A DNA stretch of 43,329 bases from a virus (Duplodnaviria > Caudoviricetes): positions 1 through 43,329 of the IMG/VR virus record IMGVR_UViG_3300030376_006642; one strand, 5' to 3'. The position numbers and the translations under genes were made by a program. This document shows positions 1-8,580 of this stretch, piece after piece; position 1 is the stretch's first letter, and each line of letters opens with the position of its first letter. The notes below the pieces were generated by a model, which was given only the letters and a program-made list of their open reading frames with translations, was not told the origin of the DNA and did not search any database.

Positions 1-77
1 TATATTAACTTACATTTAATATATTTTCTACTTATCCATAAAATCGCGTTGCCGTCTCTCAGTTCGGGACACTATCC
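1..77. repeat. Terminal direct repeat (left copy); circular-assembly overlap
   Basis: 1-77 is identical to 43251-43327; the next base differs (T78 vs C43328). Typical of a k-mer overlap on a circularised or circularly permuted phage contig. Confidence 0.95.
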
Positions 78-81
78 TAAT

Positions 82-110
82 GTGATAATTACTCCCGTTG
101 GCTATGTCAA
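82..110 (-). promoter_or_regulatory. Sigma70-like promoter driving the large ncRNA across the contig junction
   Basis: Minus strand TTGACA(110-105)-N17-TATCAC(87-82). Predicted start ~76-77 coincides with the first strand of the RNA's closing helix. The -10 is imperfect. Confidence 0.5.
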
Positions 111-237
111 AAAACTTTCTACTCCACTCTGCCCCACTCTTTGCCGTTCCGTCTGCCGTTGCAATATATTAATAATGTTGATAGCACATATACAAGCTTT
201 TTTTAAAATAAATGAAAATAAATTTTGCTAATAATAG

Positions 238-349
238 GCACGCACATGCACGCACACGCGTACAAGGCTCTCCTACGCACACACGCGCGCGTACGGGTAA
301 CGCGAACTCAACGAAAAGCTCGAACGCGAACGGAGCAAGAGGGGGGTGG
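238..349. other. GC-rich alternating purine-pyrimidine tract plus G-run upstream of terS; candidate pac/terminus region
   Basis: GCACGCACATGCACGCACACGCGTAC and TACGCACACACGCGCGCGTACG followed by GAGGGGGGTGG, in an otherwise AT-rich genome, between divergent early and late arms. Confidence 0.4.
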
Positions 350-413
350 CTTCTATATATAGTACTACCCACAGATTTTTCAGCTAATTTTCAAAACAAG
401 GTATGAGGGAGGC

Positions 414-455
414 GGGGGAGCTATTGGGCTATACGGATGTTGGGGCTGCTCCCCC
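414..455. other. GC-rich hairpin with 26-nt loop
   Basis: GGGGGAGC(414-421)/GCTCCCCC(448-455) perfect 8-bp stem; no clear U-tract on either side. Confidence 0.6.
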
Positions 456-477
456 TTGGGACAAAGCTTAATTTTAT

Positions 478-504
478 TAGGTATACATCTTTTTAGGTAT
501 ACTT
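478..504. repeat. Remote copy of the replication-origin iteron
   Basis: TAGGTATACATCTTTTTAGGTATACTT matches 35654-35680 TAGGTATCAATCTTTTTCGGTATACCT at 23/27 positions, same orientation. Confidence 0.7.
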
Positions 505-789
505 GGTTAACTGATACTTGGTGAGTTTTCGATGGTTTAGATAGAGACTACCCTACCCCTATAATAAGAATAAGGTTCGTCTCTAATCTGATACCTGGAG
601 CCGTTTCCTGATAAGATACAATCCTCAAGTATAGTTGGAATTGCGGATAGTTTTATTTATAATCTATACATTACAAGGCAACCTTTACTATCTTCGACAT
701 GGCTTCTCACTGTGCCTTAAACCCCTTTTAGTAGTGAGTTTTAAATCTAAGTGCTAAAAGTATCAAACCAACCCACTTAGATGTCAAGC
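503..789 (-). ncRNA. Large structured ncRNA candidate A (~290 nt, two pseudoknots)
   Basis: ORF-free. Helices 745-753/774-782, 706-711/733-738, 542-548/579-585, 550-561/565-576 (12 bp, 4 G.U only on minus), 613-618/689-694 and 619-628/635-643. Loop pairings 758-771 with 503-519 and 713-718 with 675-680. Confidence 0.7.
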
Positions 790-824
790 AGCTTAATTTA
801 TAACCTTTTCTTTTAAAGTTCCAA
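759..824 (-). promoter_or_regulatory. Tandem leftward promoters for ncRNA A
   Basis: TTGGAA(824-819)-N18-TAAATT(800-795) and TTGACA(787-782)-N17-GATACT(764-759). Confidence 0.5.
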
Positions 825-844
825 ATTTTTTTTTATATTATATT

Positions 845-1675
845 GTGGAAGTTAAATGTAGAAATATAGTATTTGACGTTTTTACAAAAGAAGAAGCCAC
901 TACTTTGGGGATTAAATACAAAAAAGACTGGCGGAATGCTGATAAAGGCGACTGGATACTTACATCGGACAATAAAGTCCTACAAGTCCTTAAAAAACGA
1001 CAAGAAAACAAGAAAGATAGAAAGAAACCTGTTGTTTATATAAGAACTGGGTATGGCGAAGTTCCTACTTACAAGTCTAATATATATGCATATAAATATA
1101 ATGACTACTGGGAAAAGGACTGGAACTATGATTTAGTGCGAGATGTAAAGCCTACTGTAATGCAAACCGAGTTTGTACGCAAACTTGTTAAGTATGGAGA
1201 ACTTGATGGGGTTGGAGAGTTTACACAAGAAAGTATTGTAAAGGCATACCAATCTATTTATAGTGATAATAACCCTACGATGGCACTAAAACGTGGTAGG
1301 GCAGTATTGAAGAAAAAAAGCGTAAGGAATCTTATGAGTGAACTAATGAAAGATAAATTTGATAATATAGGTGTTGATGATGATTATATTGCAGATACCT
1401 ACAAAGAATTTATAGAAAACACAAAAATGCCACCGAATGTTAGATTAAATGCATTAAATAGAGTAAGTACGCTTAGAGGGCATGACGATAAAAAAATAGA
1501 ACAAATAGAAGGTTCTACGTTAATTGCTATGTCTGATGGAGATAAAAAGCTACTTGCAGAAGTAAGGAAGACATTATCAGATGATGAATTAGATAAATTT
1601 ATGCAGAAAGGAGAATTTGATGGCATCACTGTTCGCAAAACTACCAGCAATCAGAGAAGTGGAAGTAAATCTTGA
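845..1675 (+). CDS. Putative terminase small subunit with N-terminal extension
   Basis: 276 aa, upstream of TerL. C-terminal half has TerS-like features (AYQSIY...GRAVLK, VRLNALNRVSTLRG). GTG start with no SD, possibly leaderless. Confidence 0.6.
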   Translation: MEVKCRNIVFDVFTKEEATTLGIKYKKDWRNADKGDWILTSDNKVLQVLKKRQENKKDRKKPVVYIRTGYGEVPTYKSNIYAYKYNDYWEKDWNYDLVRDVKPTVMQTEFVRKLVKYGELDGVGEFTQESIVKAYQSIYSDNNPTMALKRGRAVLKKKSVRNLMSELMKDKFDNIGVDDDYIADTYKEFIENTKMPPNVRLNALNRVSTLRGHDDKKIEQIEGSTLIAMSDGDKKLLAEVRKTLSDDELDKFMQKGEFDGITVRKTTSNQRSGSKS

Positions 1676-1826
1676 CGTGTTAGAGGGTATTTTACATGTA
1701 GGAGATAAAAGTTATGAACTTGAAGGTGATGTTCGTGACGTTATGGACGCTATGCTTGCAGAGGTAACATTCTTAGAAAACGTAATAGAACAAATACAAG
1801 GACCTATAGACCGAGAAAAAGTATGA
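1617..1826 (+). CDS. Hypothetical acidic protein
   Basis: 69 aa, AAGGAG upstream, ATGA overlap with terL. Confidence 0.6.
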   Translation: MMASLFAKLPAIREVEVNLDVLEGILHVGDKSYELEGDVRDVMDAMLAEVTFLENVIEQIQGPIDREKV

Positions 1827-3457
1827 TAAACTACGATTTAAGTCCTGAAGAAAAAAAAGATATAGTAAAACGGATGTATCTTGATGTATTTTTCTTTGCT
1901 AAAGTTATATTAGGCGACAAAAACTACCCAATGCACTACCATGTTCGTAGTAAAAGCCCTGCATTTCACAGGGAAGTTATAAATAACTTACTACATTTAA
2001 AAGAAGGGCAAAAAATGGCGATAGTTGCGCCTAGGGGACATGCAAAATCAACGCTTGTTTCGTTAATATACCCATTACATCGAATATTGTTTGCTGAAGA
2101 GCGATTTATATTATTAATATCAGAATCTGAAATGCAGTCTAAGTATTTGTTAGAAACAATAGGTGACGAAATAGAGTATAACGAAAAATTACAATTTTTC
2201 TTTGGTAAACGTATGGGCGACGTTTGGGGTAAAGAAGAAAAAGAAATTATAACAGAATTTAATCCAGATGGAAGTCCAGCAGCCTCATGTAAATTAATGG
2301 TTAGAGGTACTGGTCAAAAAGTTAGGGGTCTTAAGTATGGTGCTTATAGACCTACATTGACAATAATAGATGATGGTGAAGGTGACGGAAACGCACAAAC
2401 TCCAATGGCACGAGAAAAATTTAGACGGTGGATAGATACGTCAGTAGTACCTGGTTCTGATGACGGTAAAATAGTTTTTGTTGGTACAATTGTAGATGAA
2501 GACGCATATTTAAACACTGTAGCTGGCTCACGAGCCTTTAATGCCCATGGAGAAAAAAAGATTAAAGGATGGAAGTCATTATTTTACCAATCAATTTTAC
2601 AAGATACAGAAGCACATGAGTTTTTAGCTTCTGGAAAGGAAATTAAAGATGAAAATAACGAACCTAAAGTTCTTTGGGAAGACAGGCGTCCTTACAGCTG
2701 GCTATTGGAGCGGCGTGAGGAAGCGCAAGCAAAGGGAGATGTTGGATACTTTTTCCAAGAGTATCAAAATGTCCCAATGGATGACTCTTTTCGTGTCTTT
2801 AAGCGCGATGATGTGCAGTATTACGATGGTTATTATTCTCGTGATGGTGAGATTGACACTTTGGTTATTAGGGACGGTGAGTCGTCTCGTAGAGTTCCCG
2901 TTAATATTTTTATGGGAGTTGACCCTGCGTCTTCTGAGAACATTAAAGCGAACTATACAGTAATAATGATAGTGGCAGTCGATGCCGATTTCAATATTTA
3001 TATAGTTGACTACTTTAGAGGCCAAGTATCTCCAATGGATGGAGCAGATAAACTATTTGAACTAGCAGATATGTATAGACCTAAAGGTATTAACATTGAG
3101 GAAACAGGACATGTTATGTTAGCTGACTATGTTCAAAAGGTATCTAAAAAAACTGGAAGATACTTGAATATATCTCCAAAGAAAGCAATACAAAAAAAGT
3201 TTTACAGAATCAAATCAATGCAACCAATGTTTGCATCTAAGTCTGTATTTTTAAAAAATGACCAAACAGAGCTTCTGCAGGAGCTTTTAGGGTTTAAAGA
3301 ACATGCATTAACTACTAAAGATACACTTGATGCATTAAAATGGGCAACTGAAGATATTTTCTCTCCGCTATTAGAATATGACGATAGCGGAGAGTATTAT
3401 ATGCCAGATTCTACTCCTATGTGCGACTGGGAAACAGGGGAAATAATATACAACTAA
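1823..3457 (+). CDS. terL: Terminase large subunit
   Basis: Walker A APRGHAKST, Walker B TIIDDGE, motif III FVGT, FFQEYQN, RNase H-like nuclease MGVDPA and DTLDAL. Confidence 0.95.
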   Translation: MINYDLSPEEKKDIVKRMYLDVFFFAKVILGDKNYPMHYHVRSKSPAFHREVINNLLHLKEGQKMAIVAPRGHAKSTLVSLIYPLHRILFAEERFILLISESEMQSKYLLETIGDEIEYNEKLQFFFGKRMGDVWGKEEKEIITEFNPDGSPAASCKLMVRGTGQKVRGLKYGAYRPTLTIIDDGEGDGNAQTPMAREKFRRWIDTSVVPGSDDGKIVFVGTIVDEDAYLNTVAGSRAFNAHGEKKIKGWKSLFYQSILQDTEAHEFLASGKEIKDENNEPKVLWEDRRPYSWLLERREEAQAKGDVGYFFQEYQNVPMDDSFRVFKRDDVQYYDGYYSRDGEIDTLVIRDGESSRRVPVNIFMGVDPASSENIKANYTVIMIVAVDADFNIYIVDYFRGQVSPMDGADKLFELADMYRPKGINIEETGHVMLADYVQKVSKKTGRYLNISPKKAIQKKFYRIKSMQPMFASKSVFLKNDQTELLQELLGFKEHALTTKDTLDALKWATEDIFSPLLEYDDSGEYYMPDSTPMCDWETGEIIYN

Positions 3458-3467
3458 ATAAAGTACT

Positions 3468-3496
3468 TTGAAACGTATTAAAAAAAGTATTAAAAT
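3468..3496 (+). promoter_or_regulatory. Promoter upstream of portal
   Basis: TTGAAA-N17-TAAAAT in the terL-portal gap. Confidence 0.55.
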
Positions 3497-3510
3497 ACGA
3501 GCATAAAACT

Positions 3511-5532
3511 ATGATAAAAATCCAAAATTTAGAAATTCCAGAATTAGAAGCCGAAGACGTCAGAAATGAATATACTCAGTATGACCATGAAGGCGATGAA
3601 TTTCGTTATCAAATGGCAGAAGATTATGATTTTTATTTAGGCAAACAATTAACCGAAGCTCAAAAAGAATATTTAATGAGCGTTGGTCAACCTCCAGAAT
3701 CTAATAACAAAATAAGACCTGCAGTAGAACAAGTCCTATCTAACATGGCATCAACAAAACCAGAATGGGATGTCGAGGGAGTAGGGTCTGACGATGGCAG
3801 GATAGCTGGTATATATAATAAAATCTTAGATGAAATATGGTACAGCTCTAAAGGAGATACTCAATTTAGAACAGCCTGTAAAGATTTTATTGTTAAAGGC
3901 CTATGTTATTTGTATGTATATCCTGACTACCAGGCAGACAATGGATTAGGGGGAATAAGATTTAAAAGAATTAAACCTGAAGCAGTATTTGTAGACCCTA
4001 ATTCATCACTCCCTGATTTTTCCGATGCGTCTAGTATAATTTATACTGATTTACATACAAAAGAATCGTTAAAAGTTTTATTTCCAGATATTGCAGATAA
4101 AATTGACGATTTAAAAGAAGATTACGATACTGACGAAGAAACTAGTGGAAACTATAATAGAGATGACATATATACAAGAGGAGATGCAACTCACGACCAG
4201 CAACCTACTGTTAGAAAATTTGTGCGTTTTGCCAAGGTTAGCATTCCAAGTGTTTTAGTTACAGAACTAGTTACAGGAAAAAGTCAAATATTTGACAAAG
4301 AAGCATATGAAGAATTACAAGCAGACAAGAAATATCAAGAATTAATTGACCAAGGGTCTGTAACAGAAAAAATTATTTATACAACTAAAGTAAGAGAAAC
4401 GTGTGTTGTAGGAGATTTAATATATTATGATGAAATTTTACCAATAGATTCATACCCTATTATACCAGCATGTAATGAGCATACTGGAACTCCTTATCCA
4501 TCAGGAGATGTAAGACACGCTAAAAGTCCTCAACGAATGTTAAATAGAACAGAGGCATTATTAATATCGCATACATCAGCAACTACAAATTTTAAATTAG
4601 TTGTAGAAGATGGTGCAATTGACCCTAAAGAATTACAAAAATGGAATATACCAAATGCTATTATAAGAGCAAACCCAGGTGCGCTAAGAGATGGTAAGAT
4701 TAAAGAATATGCACCTCCTGCAGTATCTAGTCAATTATTTACAGAAAAATCTAGATACGAATTAGATATTGAACAAGTATTTGGTTCTTATAAATTTTTA
4801 CAAGGATACGGAGAAGGCTCACCAGGAACAGTAGGTGAAGCACAAATTATAGAAGAATCTGTATCAAAAAAACAGGGATGGAAAGTTATGCCTGTTTATG
4901 ATATGCTAACAATAGCAGGAAAAATTATATCTGCATGGATACCTTTTGTGTACAACCAAGAAAGAGTTGTAAGAATAACAAGTCCAAATGGAATGATGGA
5001 AGATGTAAAGGTAAACGAAGCAGTAATGAATAAAAATGGAGAAATTGAAAGATTATATGATATAACTACTAACTCTATAGATATAAGAGTAGTTGTAGGT
5101 TCTACAAGAGCTAAATCTCCAATGGCTGACCTACAAAGAGATATACAATTAATGGGAGCTGGTATTTACGATAAAACACAAGTTATTATGAATATGAGAA
5201 CAGATGACGATAAAGCAAACCTTATTCAACGTCATGGAGAAATATCTCAATATCAGCAAACTATACAAGGTTTACAAGAGCAGGTTAAAAAACTCTCAGG
5301 TGACTTGCAGACAAGAGAACGTGAGTTGTTCCATACTAAGATGCGTGCAGAAGTATCAGAAGCTACTAAAAATGTTTCACAAGCAGTTTCTAATATAAAA
5401 GCAACAAGCAAAATAGAGGAAGAACGTCAACGTAACAAGACTCAGCAAGTAGCGAGTGATTTAGCCAATGCTGCAAATTCGGTTAACTCAGAAAAACAAG
5501 CCCCTGAACCAAAACCATCGGTAATAGGGTAA
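3511..5532 (+). CDS. Portal protein (P22-like)
   Basis: 673 aa after TerL. DYDFYLGKQ, NKIRPAVEQVL, VFVDPNS, GDVRHAKSPQRMLN motifs; long C-terminal coiled coil (barrel). Confidence 0.9.
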   Translation: MIKIQNLEIPELEAEDVRNEYTQYDHEGDEFRYQMAEDYDFYLGKQLTEAQKEYLMSVGQPPESNNKIRPAVEQVLSNMASTKPEWDVEGVGSDDGRIAGIYNKILDEIWYSSKGDTQFRTACKDFIVKGLCYLYVYPDYQADNGLGGIRFKRIKPEAVFVDPNSSLPDFSDASSIIYTDLHTKESLKVLFPDIADKIDDLKEDYDTDEETSGNYNRDDIYTRGDATHDQQPTVRKFVRFAKVSIPSVLVTELVTGKSQIFDKEAYEELQADKKYQELIDQGSVTEKIIYTTKVRETCVVGDLIYYDEILPIDSYPIIPACNEHTGTPYPSGDVRHAKSPQRMLNRTEALLISHTSATTNFKLVVEDGAIDPKELQKWNIPNAIIRANPGALRDGKIKEYAPPAVSSQLFTEKSRYELDIEQVFGSYKFLQGYGEGSPGTVGEAQIIEESVSKKQGWKVMPVYDMLTIAGKIISAWIPFVYNQERVVRITSPNGMMEDVKVNEAVMNKNGEIERLYDITTNSIDIRVVVGSTRAKSPMADLQRDIQLMGAGIYDKTQVIMNMRTDDDKANLIQRHGEISQYQQTIQGLQEQVKKLSGDLQTRERELFHTKMRAEVSEATKNVSQAVSNIKATSKIEEERQRNKTQQVASDLANAANSVNSEKQAPEPKPSVIG

Positions 5533-5554
5533 CTTAAACACAAGGAGCATCGTA

Positions 5555-6421
5555 ATGGCAGACGACCAAACACAACAAGTAGAAACTAAAAGCGAAGATA
5601 ACCTTAATATGATAGACGTTTTAGACGACTTCAATCAAGGCTCTTCTGAAGAACCTCAAGCAGAGGAAGTTCAAGCTGAAGAATCTAATGTTGAAACCCA
5701 ACCTGAAGAGGTAATAGAAAATACTAAAGAAAACGTACAATGGCTTATTGACAACAAGTTCAAAAATGATGAAGAAGGACGTGAAAATCTAGCAAAATCA
5801 TACAGAGAACTTCAAAGTAAATACGACAAAGATTCTAATAGGTCTAAAGAAGACCAAGAAAAATTTGATAGGCTTGAAAAGCTTGACGGATTTTTAAAAG
5901 AGAATCCAGAAGTTGTAAAAACTATGAAGGAAAAAGTAGATACAATTGCTAAAAATGAATCAGGTCCTCCTAAAAAACCAGAAGACTATGATATTTTAGA
6001 TGAGTCTATAGACGACACATCTTCAGCAAAATGGAGAGCTGAATATGATAGTTGGTTAATATCTCAAGGACAACAAGCTGCTAAAAAAGAGCTTGAGTCA
6101 TATAGAGCTGAACGAGAAGCTGCAGAAAGACAAGCACAAGAAGTATTAGAATTAAAAAAGATGGGATTATCTGATGAAGAAATTCCAGATTATTATAATT
6201 TTGTAACATCTGATGCTAATCTTACTACAGAAAATTTAGTAAAAATATATCGTTACCTTAAGGTTGATGGCAATGATACTAAACCAGAAGAAAAACAACA
6301 GCCAGTTGAACCTAAGCGTACATCAGCTGCAGCAGCAACGGGGTCTACTCCGCCTGCAAAAAGTAGTGAAAAAAAGGTTGTTGAAGAATTTTGGGATGGT
6401 ATTATGAAGTTCAATAGATAA
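5555..6421 (+). CDS. Capsid scaffolding protein
   Basis: Acidic, helical 288 aa between portal and capsid; LAKSYRELQSK motif; AAGGAG RBS. Confidence 0.75.
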   Translation: MADDQTQQVETKSEDNLNMIDVLDDFNQGSSEEPQAEEVQAEESNVETQPEEVIENTKENVQWLIDNKFKNDEEGRENLAKSYRELQSKYDKDSNRSKEDQEKFDRLEKLDGFLKENPEVVKTMKEKVDTIAKNESGPPKKPEDYDILDESIDDTSSAKWRAEYDSWLISQGQQAAKKELESYRAEREAAERQAQEVLELKKMGLSDEEIPDYYNFVTSDANLTTENLVKIYRYLKVDGNDTKPEEKQQPVEPKRTSAAAATGSTPPAKSSEKKVVEEFWDGIMKFNR

Positions 6422-6449
6422 TAATAATACTTAAGGAAAGGAGCCAATA

Positions 6450-8021
6450 ATGGCTAATACAACTTATGGAACAGGAACAGCGTTACAGTTTACTGATGCT
6501 TCGCAACGTCAGGTACTGGAACTCGGTTCTAAAATCCATTACTACAACCCTTCCGTTACACCCCTATTGACACTTATGGGTCGAATGTCAACGTCAGTGA
6601 CCCCAGTGCCAATTTTTGAGTGGATGGAAGATGAATACATGATGCAAAAATCAATAAAACAAGCATGTCCTACAATTGGAACAGATACAACAACAGCAGT
6701 AACTACATCAGCATATGAAACTACTGATGGTGTTAATGGAACAGGAGTAATTATAAACTTTGATAAACAAGCAGCTTTAGAAGTATTTGAAGTTGGTGGA
6801 GTTTATGCAGCTACTGAATCAGAAACATCTGAAGGTGGAAGTGCGATTGCTTCGAATGTTACACACGTTCTTTGTATAGCAATAGGTCAAAATGTAGATA
6901 CTGCTTCTCCACTAGATAGGTCAGTACAGTTTGTTGGATTGCATACAGGTACTGCATCTAATGGTGATGCTATATGGTTACATGAACCCGTAGCAGATGG
7001 AACCGCACTATTTGCAATTGACGCAAGTAATGATGATACATTTTATCAGTTTGACTACGTTGGAACAGCAGGCGTTTTTTATGATAATGGCGTAGCTACA
7101 AGTTATACTGGTGCAACTATATCTCCATCAGGTGGTGCTTCAGGCTTTGGTGTTCACAATCTTGCTAATGTAGACTATTTTAAAAAAGAAGGTGGTATTG
7201 CTGGACATGCAGAAGGTGCTGCAATTGGTGTTGCTACTAGTAAAAAAGTAAGACGATTAAAAGGTTGTACACAAATCTTTAGAGAGCCTTATGCAATTAC
7301 TGGTACTGCTAATGCATCAAAGCATTATGGTGGTTCAGAATTAGCTAGATTACAAGCAAGAAAACTTGCTAAAATCAAGTCTGATATTGAATTTGCTATG
7401 CTTACAAATGGTGATTATAGTTTAGATTCATCATCTGAAAATCCAAAAAGAGCTATGGCTGGTTTTGGATTAGGTGGTTCTGCTGGTACAGGTGTTATTC
7501 AATCACTTGATGGTAGAGACAATTCTAACCTTCAATTAACATTTGCAGGTTCAGACCTTGATGATATGGATGCAGCTGTAGAATATATCTTTTCAGATAT
7601 GGTAGAAGGTTCTATGGAAAAAACAGTTCTTTGTTCTAACAAATGGCTAAGATTTATTACGGCCCTTGGTAGACAAGGAGTTGGACCAACCGCAACTCCT
7701 GTAGCAAACATTTCTGGATTAGTAATGAATCAAGACGCTGGAGCGTCTAATGCTACAGCTGGCTTGCAAGTTACTCAATATCAAGGACCAGTAGGAAAGC
7801 TTAACTTTATACCGCATCCTTTATTAAAAGGTGCATATGAAGATTTTGCTCTTGCTGTAGATATGTCTAATGTTGACTTAAGACCTCTTGCATCAAGAGA
7901 CATGCAGCTTAGAAGCGATGTCGTTAATGATGGTAGAGATGCTAGAGTTGATGAGTGGCTAATGGAAGTTGGTATGGAAGTTCGTAACGAACAAACACAC
8001 GCAATCCTAAAGCTTACTTAA
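6450..8021 (+). CDS. Major capsid protein (HK97 fold) with large insertion domain
   Basis: TPLLTLMG...FEWMEDE N-part, CTQIFREPYAITGT, IEFAMLTNG, EWLMEVGMEVRNE C-terminus; strong AAGGAG RBS; followed by a hairpin. Confidence 0.88.
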   Translation: MANTTYGTGTALQFTDASQRQVLELGSKIHYYNPSVTPLLTLMGRMSTSVTPVPIFEWMEDEYMMQKSIKQACPTIGTDTTTAVTTSAYETTDGVNGTGVIINFDKQAALEVFEVGGVYAATESETSEGGSAIASNVTHVLCIAIGQNVDTASPLDRSVQFVGLHTGTASNGDAIWLHEPVADGTALFAIDASNDDTFYQFDYVGTAGVFYDNGVATSYTGATISPSGGASGFGVHNLANVDYFKKEGGIAGHAEGAAIGVATSKKVRRLKGCTQIFREPYAITGTANASKHYGGSELARLQARKLAKIKSDIEFAMLTNGDYSLDSSSENPKRAMAGFGLGGSAGTGVIQSLDGRDNSNLQLTFAGSDLDDMDAAVEYIFSDMVEGSMEKTVLCSNKWLRFITALGRQGVGPTATPVANISGLVMNQDAGASNATAGLQVTQYQGPVGKLNFIPHPLLKGAYEDFALAVDMSNVDLRPLASRDMQLRSDVVNDGRDARVDEWLMEVGMEVRNEQTHAILKLT

Positions 8022-8038
8022 TAGTAATAGCTAAATAA

Positions 8039-8070
8039 ATATAAGGGAGGATTTTTTTCCTCCCTTATAT
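8039..8070. terminator. 13-bp stem-loop after capsid gene (terminator or mRNA stabiliser)
   Basis: ATATAAGGGAGGA-TTTTTT-TCCTCCCTTATAT; no plus-strand U-tract, so termination on + is uncertain. Confidence 0.6.
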
Positions 8071-8100
8071 CACAAAAAAACACTAAATTATAATAATATT

Positions 8101-8391
8101 ATGACGCAAAAAAAAGATTCAAGATTAAAAAGAGCAGGAGTATCAGGATATAATAAACCTAAAAGAACTCCAAGTCACAAAACTAAATCTCATGTTGTTG
8201 TTGCAAAAGTAGGTAGTAAAATAAAAACTATACGTTTTGGACAACAAGGAGTTAAAACAGCTGGAAAGCCTAAAAAAGGAGAATCTATGAAACAAAAAAA
8301 TCGTAGAAAATCTTTTAAAGCTAGACATGGAAAAAATATTGCAAAAGGAAAAATGTCAGCAGCATATTGGGCTAACAAAGTTAAATGGTAA
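8101..8391 (+). CDS. Small highly basic protein
   Basis: 96 aa, K/R-rich; KTIRFGQQG...RRKSFKARH...SAAYW pattern common in aquatic phages. Confidence 0.85.
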   Translation: MTQKKDSRLKRAGVSGYNKPKRTPSHKTKSHVVVAKVGSKIKTIRFGQQGVKTAGKPKKGESMKQKNRRKSFKARHGKNIAKGKMSAAYWANKVKW

Positions 8392-8395
8392 ATAA

Positions 8396-8569
8396 ATGAA
8401 AATAAAAAATATAAATATTTCAATGTTAAATAAAAGACAACAAACAGCTATGAAAAAACATAGTAAACATCACACAGCTAAACATATAAAAAGTATGGTT
8501 AGCATGATGAAAAAAGGAAAGACGTTTACTGCTTCTCATAAAGCTGCTATGAAAAAAGTAGGTAAATAA
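8396..8569 (+). CDS. Small basic His/Lys/Met-rich protein (not in ORF track)
   Basis: 57 aa, MKIKNINISMLNKRQQTAMKKHSKHHTAKH...KKVGK; fills the gap exactly. Confidence 0.75.
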   Translation: MKIKNINISMLNKRQQTAMKKHSKHHTAKHIKSMVSMMKKGKTFTASHKAAMKKVGK

Positions 8570-8580
8570 GGAGAAATAAT

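Noticed and set aside
1-77. Biological direct terminal repeat
   Set aside because: The length equals a common assembler k-mer, so it is more likely an assembly overlap; true termini need read data.
49-406. Short ORFs 49-231, 169-372 and 212-406
   Set aside because: No RBS; translations mirror the low-complexity RY tract (HAHARTRV, RARVCV); the region looks regulatory.
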